DNA of 64,000 nt from Bacteroidales bacterium (GCA_035389045.1 DAOORA010000020.1:1-64000); one strand, 5' to 3'. Shown: positions 52,201 to 62,300, counted from the first letter of the stretch. Notes: generated by a model not told the origin, from the sequence alone. Translations and numbers: made by a program.

Positions 52201-53372
52201 TCAATGAGAAAATCATTGAAGCGCTCAGCGTGCAACCCAATTATGGCTGGACTTCATGGGATTGCTATCGCAGGTTCCTGCAGAGTTGGGGTATGGCATC
52301 AGGACTGACGCGCGACACCTTTGACCAGATCATGATTGATTTCAAGAAGATGTATAATGTAAAACAAAAAGTACAGTTCACAAAAGAGCAAATGAGGGAG
52401 ATATCCTTTGGTTACCGTGAGGTTTTGCAGAAAAATAACATCCAGATCGAAGAAGAAGTATTTCCGCAGATCAGACAAGCCATTCTGAATGTTTTTGATT
52501 CATGGAATTCCGACCGTGCCATAGTGTACCGCAAGCATCTTCAGATTGCAGATGAATGGGGCACCGCCGTAGTTGTCCAAAAGATGGTGCTCGGAAACAT
52601 CAATTATACATCAGGAACCGGCGTAGTGTTCACTCATAATCCTCATATGAATAAGCCGGGTGTCCATTTATACGGTGATTATTCACTGGTCAGCCAGGGT
52701 GAAGACGTAGTTGGCGGGCTGGTTCATGTACTTCCTATTTCTCGAAATCAGACACACGGTCGCACCAAAGAAAGCTCTCTTGAAGAAAAATTTCCTGAAA
52801 CATACAGGCGGTTATACGAAATTGCATGTGAACTGACTGAAAAACATGGCTTCGGACACCAGGAAATTGAGTTCACCTTTGAAACTGAGCATAAGAAGGA
52901 TCTGTACATACTTCAAACCCGCGACCAGGACGTCCGTCCCAAGGACAAAACACACCAATTTGCCCTTACCGGCGTAAAAATGAAACTGCTTGGACAAGGC
53001 ATAGGAATTGGCGGAGGATCATTGAACGGTGTACTGATCTTTGATACCGAAGATATGGAACTGATGAGAAACAAATACCCGGATAAAAAACTCATATTGG
53101 TCAGGCCGGACACTGTACCTGACGACATTGGCATTATATTCGGATGCGACGGACTGCTTACCGCACGCGGCGGAGCGACCTCACACGCTGCAGTCACGGC
53201 TGCACGATTAGGAAAAATATGTATTGTCAACTGTACCGACCTGACGGTTTACGAACGGGAGAAAAAATGCGTAATCAAAAAACAAGTATTAAATGTTGGC
53301 GATGAAATTGCTATGGATGGCACATTCGGAAATATTTACAAGGGCAAATACCCTTTGATGCAACCCGAATAA
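49275..53372 (+). CDS. PPDK-family dikinase with long uncharacterised N-terminus and no C-terminal pyruvate-binding barrel
   Basis: IGSKA..PVPPGF, SVRSG..SMPGAM, SGTGVVFT, QGEDVVGG, LQTR; GGATSHAAV phospho-His at 53184-53186; the ORF ends right after the swivel domain. Confidence 0.88.
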   Translation: MKNTSPPNTSDALKANLTVTRPKKIVLTDEHKWLLGLSANYYGIQERTTNFFNEYHHPFPDQKLISDELRRLALGDFWFYAQCRDKEKALRIILGIFEETLEKTKDQVVFESVFPAFVEYLAMIARHEIPDIELLKAGLGIMKKWIAINHLVVLRNSTYLKNQLGLLHHNELLKNEFFQLLYELAGRVLHFWADTSDVEIWYKKNREYLSKGFAHELRNIGKPYFNKLIKKWESVRNFDELDKNIPLYQEFTDYFTKHTDTFHVINDRFYFIVYLMHIPGMVHIKNTLLADLNRLIKKMFLEIKPEQADPFLDNIFSLFHELHKEHSSTVLDCVLTLGKEIIHTDHEENIQKFVQKLIGLPFVVPGKLRLSNEWRTMVDPGHIKNIRVWLELFETAPDQYSKLIAALTVNLKLNGIFIFDTDLFQKDVTALLNSDIQKYFRLVKQLCRIFPVYFNEIGAEGELRDITTAIDELTSRQDKLIHFLRKQVHIESNNTHIELTRKIYNFWIDGQIDNLKPLLPEDVLANISPNGKWVAPMHKLIMKVAEKAHIKQATELLEEHPDKIDKLVNTITGELPANKIRLMMLCRLYYLLIEKYSFNTVNITKSILKYNFIPHSEVEALEDALSKKNREAALTYIFSFISLLNKVILQEEKTEGWENIYHKRHVAFGIPSMYGEYHERRFEALGLIYKLEQAALLIMEEWVKSINLNYITAKTLEKIASVLQLYKEGLLLDGIENNAFNSNLSMFDYSLKSQSFSLGQYTNIFGFMGENIREIISKYFFRPYEEVLKIVIPRMPARQRIDGPDVQSFLHMQSESFYRDMLSSSFLLQSLDNFITTVLTSLRSMMDNYSIDKIRDIMSYNPDMVISTLYDQSKNIDNQVYIGSKAYYLKKLYSLGYPVPPGFVITTEVFRRIDTILQNKMMSREIDNMIMAQIKKLEKMTGQEFGNPRNPLMLSVRSGTAVSMPGAMNTFLNVGINEKIIEALSVQPNYGWTSWDCYRRFLQSWGMASGLTRDTFDQIMIDFKKMYNVKQKVQFTKEQMREISFGYREVLQKNNIQIEEEVFPQIRQAILNVFDSWNSDRAIVYRKHLQIADEWGTAVVVQKMVLGNINYTSGTGVVFTHNPHMNKPGVHLYGDYSLVSQGEDVVGGLVHVLPISRNQTHGRTKESSLEEKFPETYRRLYEIACELTEKHGFGHQEIEFTFETEHKKDLYILQTRDQDVRPKDKTHQFALTGVKMKLLGQGIGIGGGSLNGVLIFDTEDMELMRNKYPDKKLILVRPDTVPDDIGIIFGCDGLLTARGGATSHAAVTAARLGKICIVNCTDLTVYEREKKCVIKKQVLNVGDEIAMDGTFGNIYKGKYPLMQPE

Positions 53373-53393
53373 CAGGGATTATACACCCTGTTA
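53370..53393 (+). terminator. Short hairpin at the dikinase stop codon (weak terminator or mRNA-stabilising stem)
   Basis: TAACAGGG-ATTATACA-CCCTGTTA followed by CTTT. Confidence 0.4.
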
Positions 53394-53499
53394 CTTTATG
53401 CAAGAACGGTCATCATTGATAATAAAATACAATTAGTGAAATAACCATAAACATAAAACATATTAAATAATATATTAATTAATTAAATTATTGTGAAAC

Positions 53500-54753
53500 A
53501 TGAAAGCGGAGATAAAAAACAAGAATTATTTAGGCATTAACAGTCTTGGCAGAATTGGCAAATTAACGCTTTGGAACCAACTCGTCACGCGTCATTTCGA
53601 TGGAATAGTCATTAATCTTGGCCGTAAAACGGGAAAAAAAATTGAAGATCTTGTACAGGCACTTGGAACCGACTCAACCTACGGCGACCTGGGAAATTTT
53701 CTTTACGGACAAAAATCAAGGCGTGATTTGATAAATATAGTGGATTCCGAACAGTATCTGTTTGACATTGACGGTATGCCGGTGAAAGTCCTTACGGAAG
53801 AGCGAAATCCGGCTGCTGTACCATGGAAAAAGGAACAGGTTCAGATTGTAGTAGATTGTACGGGGCAATTTACGGATCCCACCCTTGCTCCTGACAGCCC
53901 GAAAGGAAGCCTGCGCGGACACCTGGAAGGCGGTGCGCGTAAAGTGATTGTGAGCGCTCCCTTCAAAATAAAGGAAGCAGGGAAGAAAATGCCCGACGAC
54001 AGTATTATGATGGTTTTTGGCATCAATCACCTCGAATATGACCCGCTCAGACACCACGTAATTTCTGCGGCCAGTTGCACCACCACAGGCTTATCGCATA
54101 TGATCAAACCGCTGATGGAGGACCGTTTCACTTCAAAAATTCTCACGGCTTCCATGTCGACCGTACATGCAGCCACCAACACGCAAAGTGTCCTCGACGC
54201 CTTACCCAAATCCGGCGCCAGCGATCTCCGTAAGACCCGTTCTGTTTTTAATAATATCATTCTATCCACCACAGGGGCAGCAAAAGCGCTGGAATCCATC
54301 ATTCCGCAGATACAGGAAATTGGTTTTATGGCCGATTCGGTACGCATTCCCACCTCCACAGTGTCTATGATAACACTGAATATTACCTTTAATTCAGGTC
54401 TTGATGAAAAAGGAAATCCCATTATCAACCATAAGCATATCAATAATATCTATAAAAGCGCCGCCGAAGGGCCTCAAAAAGGGCTGCTGGTATTTTCAGA
54501 AAAACAGAATGTGTCAACCGACCTCCTGGGTTTCAGGGCAGCTATTGTCATTGAAGGCCACGAAAGCCACACCCGTACAGGCTTCATCAAACTGCCGGCA
54601 GAAACGGTAAAGGCGCTGGGCGTCAAAAGTCCGGTTGATATCAATATACCAGTGACACATGCCAAAATATTCGGCTGGTACGACAATGAATTCGGGAGCT
54701 ATGTCAACCTGCTCGATAAGCTGACATGTTACATCGATCAGCATATCCGTTAA
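53500..54753 (+). CDS. Divergent glyceraldehyde-3-phosphate dehydrogenase-family enzyme
   Basis: GINSLGRIGK, VDCTG, VIVSAP, SAASCTTTGL (catalytic Cys), TVHA, STTGAAKAL, RIPT, WYDNEFG; 417 aa with insertions. Confidence 0.88.
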   Translation: MKAEIKNKNYLGINSLGRIGKLTLWNQLVTRHFDGIVINLGRKTGKKIEDLVQALGTDSTYGDLGNFLYGQKSRRDLINIVDSEQYLFDIDGMPVKVLTEERNPAAVPWKKEQVQIVVDCTGQFTDPTLAPDSPKGSLRGHLEGGARKVIVSAPFKIKEAGKKMPDDSIMMVFGINHLEYDPLRHHVISAASCTTTGLSHMIKPLMEDRFTSKILTASMSTVHAATNTQSVLDALPKSGASDLRKTRSVFNNIILSTTGAAKALESIIPQIQEIGFMADSVRIPTSTVSMITLNITFNSGLDEKGNPIINHKHINNIYKSAAEGPQKGLLVFSEKQNVSTDLLGFRAAIVIEGHESHTRTGFIKLPAETVKALGVKSPVDINIPVTHAKIFGWYDNEFGSYVNLLDKLTCYIDQHIR

Positions 54754-54792
54754 TAATTAACATATTTAATTAACTTTTTTAACCAACAACTC

Positions 54793-56061
54793 ATGTCAAT
54801 ATTACTCAGCAACGCCACTTACATAGACTACCAGACACTGGAATTTATACCATGTAACATCATTATTGAAAGCTATCCCTATTCCACTATTGTTTTTACT
54901 GAAAAACAGGACAACGGCGCCGATACTAAGGTTGATTGTTCAGGGAAATATGTCACACGGGCATTTGGCTGCGGACATCATCATGTATATTCGGCGCTTG
55001 CAACAGGAATGCCCGCTCCCAAAAAAATCCCGTCGAATTTTTTAGAGATACTGCAATACGTATGGTGGACACTGGATAAGTGTCTGGATAAAGAAATGAT
55101 TGAGATCAGCGCCCTGGTCACCGCCATCGAATGTGCCAGAAATGGGGTAACCTGTGTGGTGGACCATCACTCCTCTCCTTTCGCCATTGAAGGTTCACTC
55201 GAAATAATAGCCAAAGCCTTTGATCAGGTAGGCATATCACATCTTTTGTGTTATGAAATTTCCGACCGCGACGGAGAACAAGCAGTGAAACAGTCACTTG
55301 ACGAAACAGCGGATTTTCTTTCACACAGGCAGGGACTAGTAGGTCTTCATGCCTCATTTACCGTATCTGACCAAACACTCAGGCAGGCAAAGGAGCTTAC
55401 CGAAAAATTTGACACGGGTATTCATATCCATGTTGCTGAGGATGAGTTAGACGAACGATTATGTGTTGAACATCAAGGCAAACGGGTTGTTGAACGTTTG
55501 AACGACCACGGACTGCTGAAGAATAACAAAACGATACTGAGCCATTGCTTATACATCAACCATAAAGAAAGAGAGATAATAGGCAAATCGGGAGCCTGGA
55601 TTGCACAGAATACCGAAAGCAACATGAATAACAAGGTTGGATTTTTCAATTCGGAAGGAATAAAAAAGAATATTATGCTTGGCACCGACGGCATGCACAG
55701 CGACATGCTGAAAAGTGCAAAAACAACTTTTTTTGCAGGTCAGAATTTTGATAAAATTGATTATGCCGAAACCTACCGCCGTCTCAGAAATGTTAATTTC
55801 TATTTTAATGAAAACGGTTTTTCCGGTGATGCCGATAACAACCTGGTAGTGCTTGACTATAACCCATATACAGAGTTCAATTCAGGGAATTTTTTAGGTC
55901 ATTTTATTTTCAGCATCGAATCAAAACATGTTCAGCATGTGATATCTGATGGCAGACTCATCGTCAAAGACCGCAAGGTTATTACAGTGGATGAAGATGA
56001 GATACACAAAGCCAGCAGGGAATTAAGCAAAAAACTCTGGAACAAAATGAAAGAACTTTAG
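54793..56061 (+). CDS. ssnA: SsnA-like metal-dependent amidohydrolase
   Basis: GHHHVYSALA.GM, FLEIL..VWW.LD, DHHSS, GLHASFT, HIHVAE, ESNMNN.VG, GTDG. Confidence 0.75.
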   Translation: MSILLSNATYIDYQTLEFIPCNIIIESYPYSTIVFTEKQDNGADTKVDCSGKYVTRAFGCGHHHVYSALATGMPAPKKIPSNFLEILQYVWWTLDKCLDKEMIEISALVTAIECARNGVTCVVDHHSSPFAIEGSLEIIAKAFDQVGISHLLCYEISDRDGEQAVKQSLDETADFLSHRQGLVGLHASFTVSDQTLRQAKELTEKFDTGIHIHVAEDELDERLCVEHQGKRVVERLNDHGLLKNNKTILSHCLYINHKEREIIGKSGAWIAQNTESNMNNKVGFFNSEGIKKNIMLGTDGMHSDMLKSAKTTFFAGQNFDKIDYAETYRRLRNVNFYFNENGFSGDADNNLVVLDYNPYTEFNSGNFLGHFIFSIESKHVQHVISDGRLIVKDRKVITVDEDEIHKASRELSKKLWNKMKEL

Positions 56062-56148
56062 TATTTAACCATAGCAAATATATTTTTTCTCAGAGGATCA
56101 TCCCTAAGCATAACAATTTTACAACCATAAGACTACAAACAACTGCTC

Positions 56149-57528
56149 ATGCCTCTCCTGATAAAAAACCCGCTGATTGTCAATGCCGGTGAAAGTAACG
56201 TAGCCGATATCCTTATAGATAAGGGTATTATCGTTGAGATTTCCGGAAATATTGATGCCGGGAACCATCAAATTATAGATGCAGGAGGTCTGTATGCCTT
56301 TCCCGGCGGCATCGATCCTCACGTACACCTGCAACTGCCAACACCGGCCGGAAATTCAAGTGATGATTTCAGAAGTGGTACCATTGCGGCTTTAGCGGGA
56401 GGAACTACAACCATCATTGATTTTGTGACCCCCAGGCGCGGGCAGTCGCATACCGAAGCCCTACGGTTGCGAAAATCAGAAGCGACGGCATCCCTGACCG
56501 ATTACAGCCTGCATGGCAGCATCGTTTCGCTGAATGAAAATACAGAGGATGAAGTACGTATCTGCATAGAAGAAGAAGGAATTACTTCTTTTAAAACGTA
56601 CCTGGCATACCGTAACACGGTTGGTATCAATTATGAAATGTTGCGCCAGGTAATGCAAATAGTTAAAAAACATAACGGACTGGTCACCATTCACTGCGAG
56701 GATGGCGATGAGATCAGCCGTCTGCAGCAGGATTTCGTTTCAAAAGGACTAACATCCCCGCTATACCATGCGTTATCGCGCCCCGAATACACCGAATATG
56801 AAGCGGTGGCCGAAGTCCTGAAACTTTCTCAGGAAACCGGATGTAATGTTTATATTGTCCATGTTTCAGCAAAAAGAAGCATGGAACTTATTGCGCCCTG
56901 CAGATCTTCGGGAAAGGTATTTGCCGAAACCTGCCCGCACTATTTGCTTTTAGACGACAGCAATTATCAAAAGCCCCTCCCCGGCTCACTAAAATATGTG
57001 ATAAGCCCGCCAAATCGAAATAAGGAAAGTATAGAAGCCCTGTGGCAACATATCACAGATGGAACCATTGACGTACTTTCGACCGACCATTGCCCGTTCC
57101 ACACCTTTGGTCAAAAAGATACCGGCGCTGATAATTTCACCCTGATACCCAATGGCGCAGGGGGTATTGAATACCGCCTTGCCCTTTTGTATACTTACGG
57201 AGTGCTTGAAAAAAGAATTTCTCTTAACCGTTTTACAGAACTTACTTCAACCAATGCTGCGAAAATTTTCGGGTTGTATCCTCAAAAAGGTATCATCGCC
57301 GTAGGTTCCGATGCAGATATGGTGTTATGGAATCCTGGTGCGGAAGGGATCATCTCCCGCAAGACACAATTTCAAAACTGTGATTCAAATATCTATGACG
57401 GGATTCCTGTTAAAGGGTCACCGGAGTATGTCATCTGTGGCGGAAAAATAGCCTTCGCACATGGAAAAGCAGTTACAGAAGGGTTACATGGGAGATTTCT
57501 TAAAAGGCTACTGCGCCGGATGATTTGA
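56149..57528 (+). CDS. hydA: Dihydropyrimidinase / D-hydantoinase
   Basis: PGGIDPHVH, GGTTTIIDF, TSFKTYLAY, IHCED, VHVS, ETCPHYL, STDHCPF, IPNG. Confidence 0.9.
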   Translation: MPLLIKNPLIVNAGESNVADILIDKGIIVEISGNIDAGNHQIIDAGGLYAFPGGIDPHVHLQLPTPAGNSSDDFRSGTIAALAGGTTTIIDFVTPRRGQSHTEALRLRKSEATASLTDYSLHGSIVSLNENTEDEVRICIEEEGITSFKTYLAYRNTVGINYEMLRQVMQIVKKHNGLVTIHCEDGDEISRLQQDFVSKGLTSPLYHALSRPEYTEYEAVAEVLKLSQETGCNVYIVHVSAKRSMELIAPCRSSGKVFAETCPHYLLLDDSNYQKPLPGSLKYVISPPNRNKESIEALWQHITDGTIDVLSTDHCPFHTFGQKDTGADNFTLIPNGAGGIEYRLALLYTYGVLEKRISLNRFTELTSTNAAKIFGLYPQKGIIAVGSDADMVLWNPGAEGIISRKTQFQNCDSNIYDGIPVKGSPEYVICGGKIAFAHGKAVTEGLHGRFLKRLLRRMI

Positions 57529-57563
57529 TCTCCTCAACTTGTTTTATCGCCTTGAATTATTTC

Positions 57564-57613
57564 TTATAAATCGCCAAAACTGATATTTTTTGTGTACATT
57601 TGGCGATTTATAA
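57564..57613. repeat. Palindromic site upstream of ATPase gene (15-bp arms, 20-nt spacer)
   Basis: TTATAAATCGCCAAA-actgatattttttgtgtaca-TTTGGCGATTTATAA; contains TACATTTG. Confidence 0.85.
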
Positions 57614-57629
57614 CCAATATAATAATAAG

Positions 57630-59042
57630 ATGAAACTTATTGGCAGAGAACCTGAAAAATCAATACTTGAGCAAGCATTAAGAAGCAGGCATGCCGAGCT
57701 CATTGCAGTATTTGGAAGAAGGAGGGTCGGGAAAACATACCTGGTTCAACACGTTTACAAAAACGATTTCATTTTTGAGTTTTCAGGAATTTTGCACGGC
57801 ACCCTGAAGCAGCAACTCGACAATTTTCATCTTACCTTAACCCGAAAAAAAAGAAAAATAAAAAAACCGGCTAACTGGCTTGAAGCATTCAGCCAACTTA
57901 TTGAAATCATTGAATCATTATCCCTTAAAAAAAAGAAGGTGATTTTCATGGATGAATTTCCCTGGCTCGACACCCGGAAATCAGGATTTCTGGCTGCCTT
58001 TGATAACTTCTGGAACAGTTACGCAGTGAAAAACAAAAACCTGGTGGTGGTTATTTGCGGATCAGCAGCATCATACATGATCCAGAAGATTATTAACAAT
58101 AAAGGCGGCTTGCACAACCGCATCACGCAGAAGATACGCCTGCTTCCTTTTACACTGAAAGAATCGGAGCAATTTTTAAACTATAATAATGTAAAATTTA
58201 CCCGCTACGATATTTTGCAGCTATATATGGCCATGGGCGGAATTCCTTATTATCTCGGTAAAGTGTCACCCGGTGAAAGCGTACCGCAGAATATTGACCG
58301 CTTATGTTTCACAAAAGACGGCGCACTGAGAACAGAATTCAATACTGTTTTTACATCCTTGTTTGAAGTGCCCCACAATCATGAGCTCATTATCCGGATT
58401 CTTGCATCAGTACGCAAGGGATTGACAAGAAATGAAATGCTGAAAAAAATGAAAACACAAACCGGCGGCGGTATCACAAAAACGCTCATGGAACTTGAAG
58501 AATCCGGATTTATAGAAAAATACCTGCCTTACCTGGGTACTAAAGATTCTTTATACCGCCTGACCGACGAATATTCGTTGTTCTATTTAAAATTTATTGA
58601 ACACTCGAAACCATCCAGACACGGCGTCTGGCAGAGTATGTTCAACAATGCATCATACAGGTCATGGGCCGGTTTTTGTTTTGAATCGGTTTGTATCAAA
58701 CACATTGAGCAGATCAAAGAAGGCTTGAAAATTGCCGGAATAAAATCCGAGCAGGGAAGCTGGCTGGACAAAAAGCAGGAAAACGGGGCACAGATAGACC
58801 TGTTGATCGACCGCGCAGATAATGTAATCAATATATGCGAAATTAAATTTTATAATTCCGCCTTCACTATCGATAAAAAATATGCCGGCGAACTGGCAAA
58901 AAAGACAGCTGCTTTTTCGAAAAGCACCCAATCAAAAAAAAATATCCGGATAACACTGATAAGCACGTATGGCTTGATACCAAACAAATACAGCAGGCAA
59001 TACGTCCAGAATGAACTAACAATGGATGATTTGTTTGTATAG
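57630..59042 (+). CDS. Archaeal-ATPase-type (ATPase_2) P-loop ATPase with wHTH-like region and C-terminal PD-(D/E)xK-like nuclease motif
   Basis: LIGRE.E, GRRRVGKT, FMDEFPW, CGS, GGIPYYL, QIDLL...ICEIKF; ATG at 57630. Confidence 0.9.
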   Translation: MKLIGREPEKSILEQALRSRHAELIAVFGRRRVGKTYLVQHVYKNDFIFEFSGILHGTLKQQLDNFHLTLTRKKRKIKKPANWLEAFSQLIEIIESLSLKKKKVIFMDEFPWLDTRKSGFLAAFDNFWNSYAVKNKNLVVVICGSAASYMIQKIINNKGGLHNRITQKIRLLPFTLKESEQFLNYNNVKFTRYDILQLYMAMGGIPYYLGKVSPGESVPQNIDRLCFTKDGALRTEFNTVFTSLFEVPHNHELIIRILASVRKGLTRNEMLKKMKTQTGGGITKTLMELEESGFIEKYLPYLGTKDSLYRLTDEYSLFYLKFIEHSKPSRHGVWQSMFNNASYRSWAGFCFESVCIKHIEQIKEGLKIAGIKSEQGSWLDKKQENGAQIDLLIDRADNVINICEIKFYNSAFTIDKKYAGELAKKTAAFSKSTQSKKNIRITLISTYGLIPNKYSRQYVQNELTMDDLFV

Positions 59043-59044
59043 CT

Positions 59045-59090
59045 ATATCTCGCCAAAACTATACATTTTATGCTACATTTGGCGAGATAT
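59045..59090. repeat. Palindromic site downstream of ATPase gene (13-bp arms, 20-nt spacer)
   Basis: ATATCTCGCCAAA-actatacattttatgctaca-TTTGGCGAGATAT. Confidence 0.85.
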
Positions 59091-59393
59091 GCAACTGATC
59101 AATAAATAAAAAACCGCTAATCTTGATTAGATAATTGTTTGTTTTGAAATTAGTTTTCGGGGTATTTGGTTTAAATACTTTATGAGTAAGTAATTCTAAA
59201 ATCACAGAAAATGTAAAAGCCTCATTTTAAATTTGACGGGTTATTGATGATTTACTTAAATGCCGTCAGCTATATTTTTAATTCAGTCCGTACTTTAGCA
59301 AGGAGATGAAAAGATTGAATTAAAAAAACTTTCCTGTCTTTATGGAATTTTTCCGATATTGCATCTATAAAAGCAAATTAAAAAAATTTTCCC

Positions 59394-62300
59394 ATGAAAA
59401 CAATTAAAATCATTGCTCTTATTCTTCTGGTGTCGGTGACTGCCATTGCAGTAAAATCAGTCATTCCGGCTTTTTTTTCTGAGCGGTCGGCCGGCGTAAT
59501 GATCTCTCCAAACGACGACTATAATAAACTCTGGGCAAAAGCCGATTCGCTGCTTAACAAAGGCCTTACACGCTCGGCTATAGAAGTGGTTCAGGTGATT
59601 TACGAAAAAGCCAAACTGGAAAATAATACCGGAAATTTCGTTAAAGCCGTCACCTATAAACTCCGGCTCGAATCTTATATCAGCGAGGATGATTATGTTA
59701 AGGAAATCAATGATCTTAACAAAGAAGCCGCTGAAGCACGCTTTCCCATCAAGCCGGTAATACATTCGATGATCGCCGAAGTATACTGGAAATATTACCA
59801 GAACAACCGGTACAAGTTTCTGAACCGTACCGAAACAGTGGATTTTGTTCCTGAAGATATCAGGACATGGGATCTGAGAAAGATCGTGGAACAATCGATC
59901 AAATATTATCAGTTGTCACTCGAAAATGTCGATAGTCTAAAAAATACATCCATAAATGTGTATGATGAAATAATTGTGAAACAAGGCGGCGATTCAAAAA
60001 ATTTCAGGCCAACACTTTATGACTTCCTTATACACCGTGCCATAGATTTTTTTGCAAACGAAGAGCCGGGACTGGTAAGCCCTGTCAACCGTTTTGAGAT
60101 TGACAAAGCTGAATTTTTTGCCCCCTATGATTCATATATCATTTTCCAGATAAAAACGAATGACAAGTATTCATTGAATTATTATGCAGCCAGGTTGTTT
60201 CAGGATCTGCTTGACTTCCATAAGAACGATGCCGACCCGCGATCACTTATTGATAACGATTTGAAGCGCCTGAAATTTATGAAGCAAAAATCTATAAACC
60301 CTGATAAGGATACCTTATTCATGCAGGCACTTGAAACGCTCAATAAAAAATTTGAATCTTTTCCGGCATCTTCTGAAGTGATTTATGAAATTGCCAATTA
60401 TTATTACCAACAGGGCGCTACCTATGCATCAACCAACGACGAGTCAGATCGCTGGAAACTTAAAAAAGCTTATGAAATCTGCGACATAGCTATTAAAAAA
60501 TTCCCGGATGCTTTCGGATCAAACAACTGCAAATACCTGCAGTCAAAGATCAGGGAGAAATCGCTGACTTTTACCAGCGAAGAAGTAAATGTCCCCGGAA
60601 AGCCTTTCAGGGGTCTTCTTTCCTACCACAACCTGAACAAGGTGTATATCAGGATTTGCAAGGCAGATTACAAATGGTATGATAAACTGATCAGTCAGTA
60701 TTATTACGATGACAAACTTATCCAGCCTCTACTTAAACTTACTCCGCAAAAAACATTCAGTGTGGATATTACAACCCCCGGGGATTATCAAAGCCATTCG
60801 GCAGAAATCAAAATTCCCGAACTGGAAGCCGGTTTTTACGTGATACTTATCGGAACCGATGCCGGTTTCACATATAACACTGAAGCCATAGCCTATTCCA
60901 GTTTCTGGATGTCAAACCTGTCTTACCTGAAGCGCACAACAGAGAGCGGAAAGACTCAGTTCGTCGTGATGAACCGCGAAAACGGGCAAGCAGTCAAAGG
61001 GGTTTCGGCACAGGTTTACAACGAAATATACAACTATGCGTCACGCCGGTATGAATACCACAGCGGTCCGGTCTATTTAACCGATGAGAACGGTATGTTT
61101 GAGGTTGTTTCTACGTCTAACAACTACAATAATTCATATATTGAATTCAATTATTCAAATGATAAGCTGAAATCAACCGTTTTTTACCAGTATAAATCGT
61201 ATAAAAATGAAAAAAAGAAATACAACAGGACTATATTCTTTACGGACAGGATGATATACCGCCCCGGGCAGACAATTTATTTTAAAGGAATATTGCTCGA
61301 AACCGACGGTGAAAATTCAGTAATAAAGCCGGGCATAGAAAGCAATGTTGTTTTTTATGATGTCAACTATCAGAAAGTTTCGGAAATAAAACTCACCAGC
61401 AATGAATACGGTACATTTAGTGGTTCTTTCACCATACCCACCGGCTTGCTCAACGGTCAGATGCACATTGCAGATAACTGGGGCAGCATATATTTCTCTG
61501 TAGAAGAATATAAACGCCCGAAATTTGAAGTGAAATTTGAACCTGTGAAAGGATCGTACAAACTGGGTGAGAAAGTAACCGTTAAGGGTACGGCCGTTGC
61601 CTATGCGGGCTCCAATATCGATAATGCACAGGTAAAATACCGTGTGGTGCGTACGGCACGTTTCCCGTATTGGTGGTACTACTGGTACGGATATTACCCG
61701 AATTCGCCACAGATGGAAATAACTAACGGAAACACCACTACTGATGATAAGGGCGAATACACCATAGAATTTACCGCCATACCGGATTACAAGGTCAGCC
61801 GAAAATCCGACCCTGTATTCTCTTATGTGATCTATGCTGACGTTACTGATATCAATGGAGAAACACGCTCCTCGCAGACCACGGTGAACGCCGGTTACAA
61901 AGCGCTGATGGTGGCCGTTGGATTACCCGGCGAAATAGAAAAAAGCAGCAAAGACCCCTTTGTCATTTCTACAACCAACCTGAGCGGCACGTACGAATAT
62001 GCCACAGGCAGCATCATCATCCACAAGCTGAAACAACCGGAGAAACTATTCCGCAGCAGGTTATGGAAAGAACCCGATATAAAACTTATTTCGAAAAATG
62101 ATTATTATCAATGGTTTCCATATGACCTTTACGAAGATGAAAATAACACCTCCAGGTGGGCCAAAGAAAGCAAAGTAATGGAATACGACTTCGATACAGA
62201 GAAAGATTCGCTGATGCATATTCCGAACCTTTCCACATGGCAATCAGGGCAATATGTTCTTGAGATCACTTCGGTTGACAAATTCGGTGAAAAAGTTCAG

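Noticed and set aside
49275..53372. Truncated ppdK pseudogene
   Set aside because: The ORF is long and uninterrupted with intact catalytic motifs, ends cleanly at a domain boundary, and no barrel-coding remnant follows
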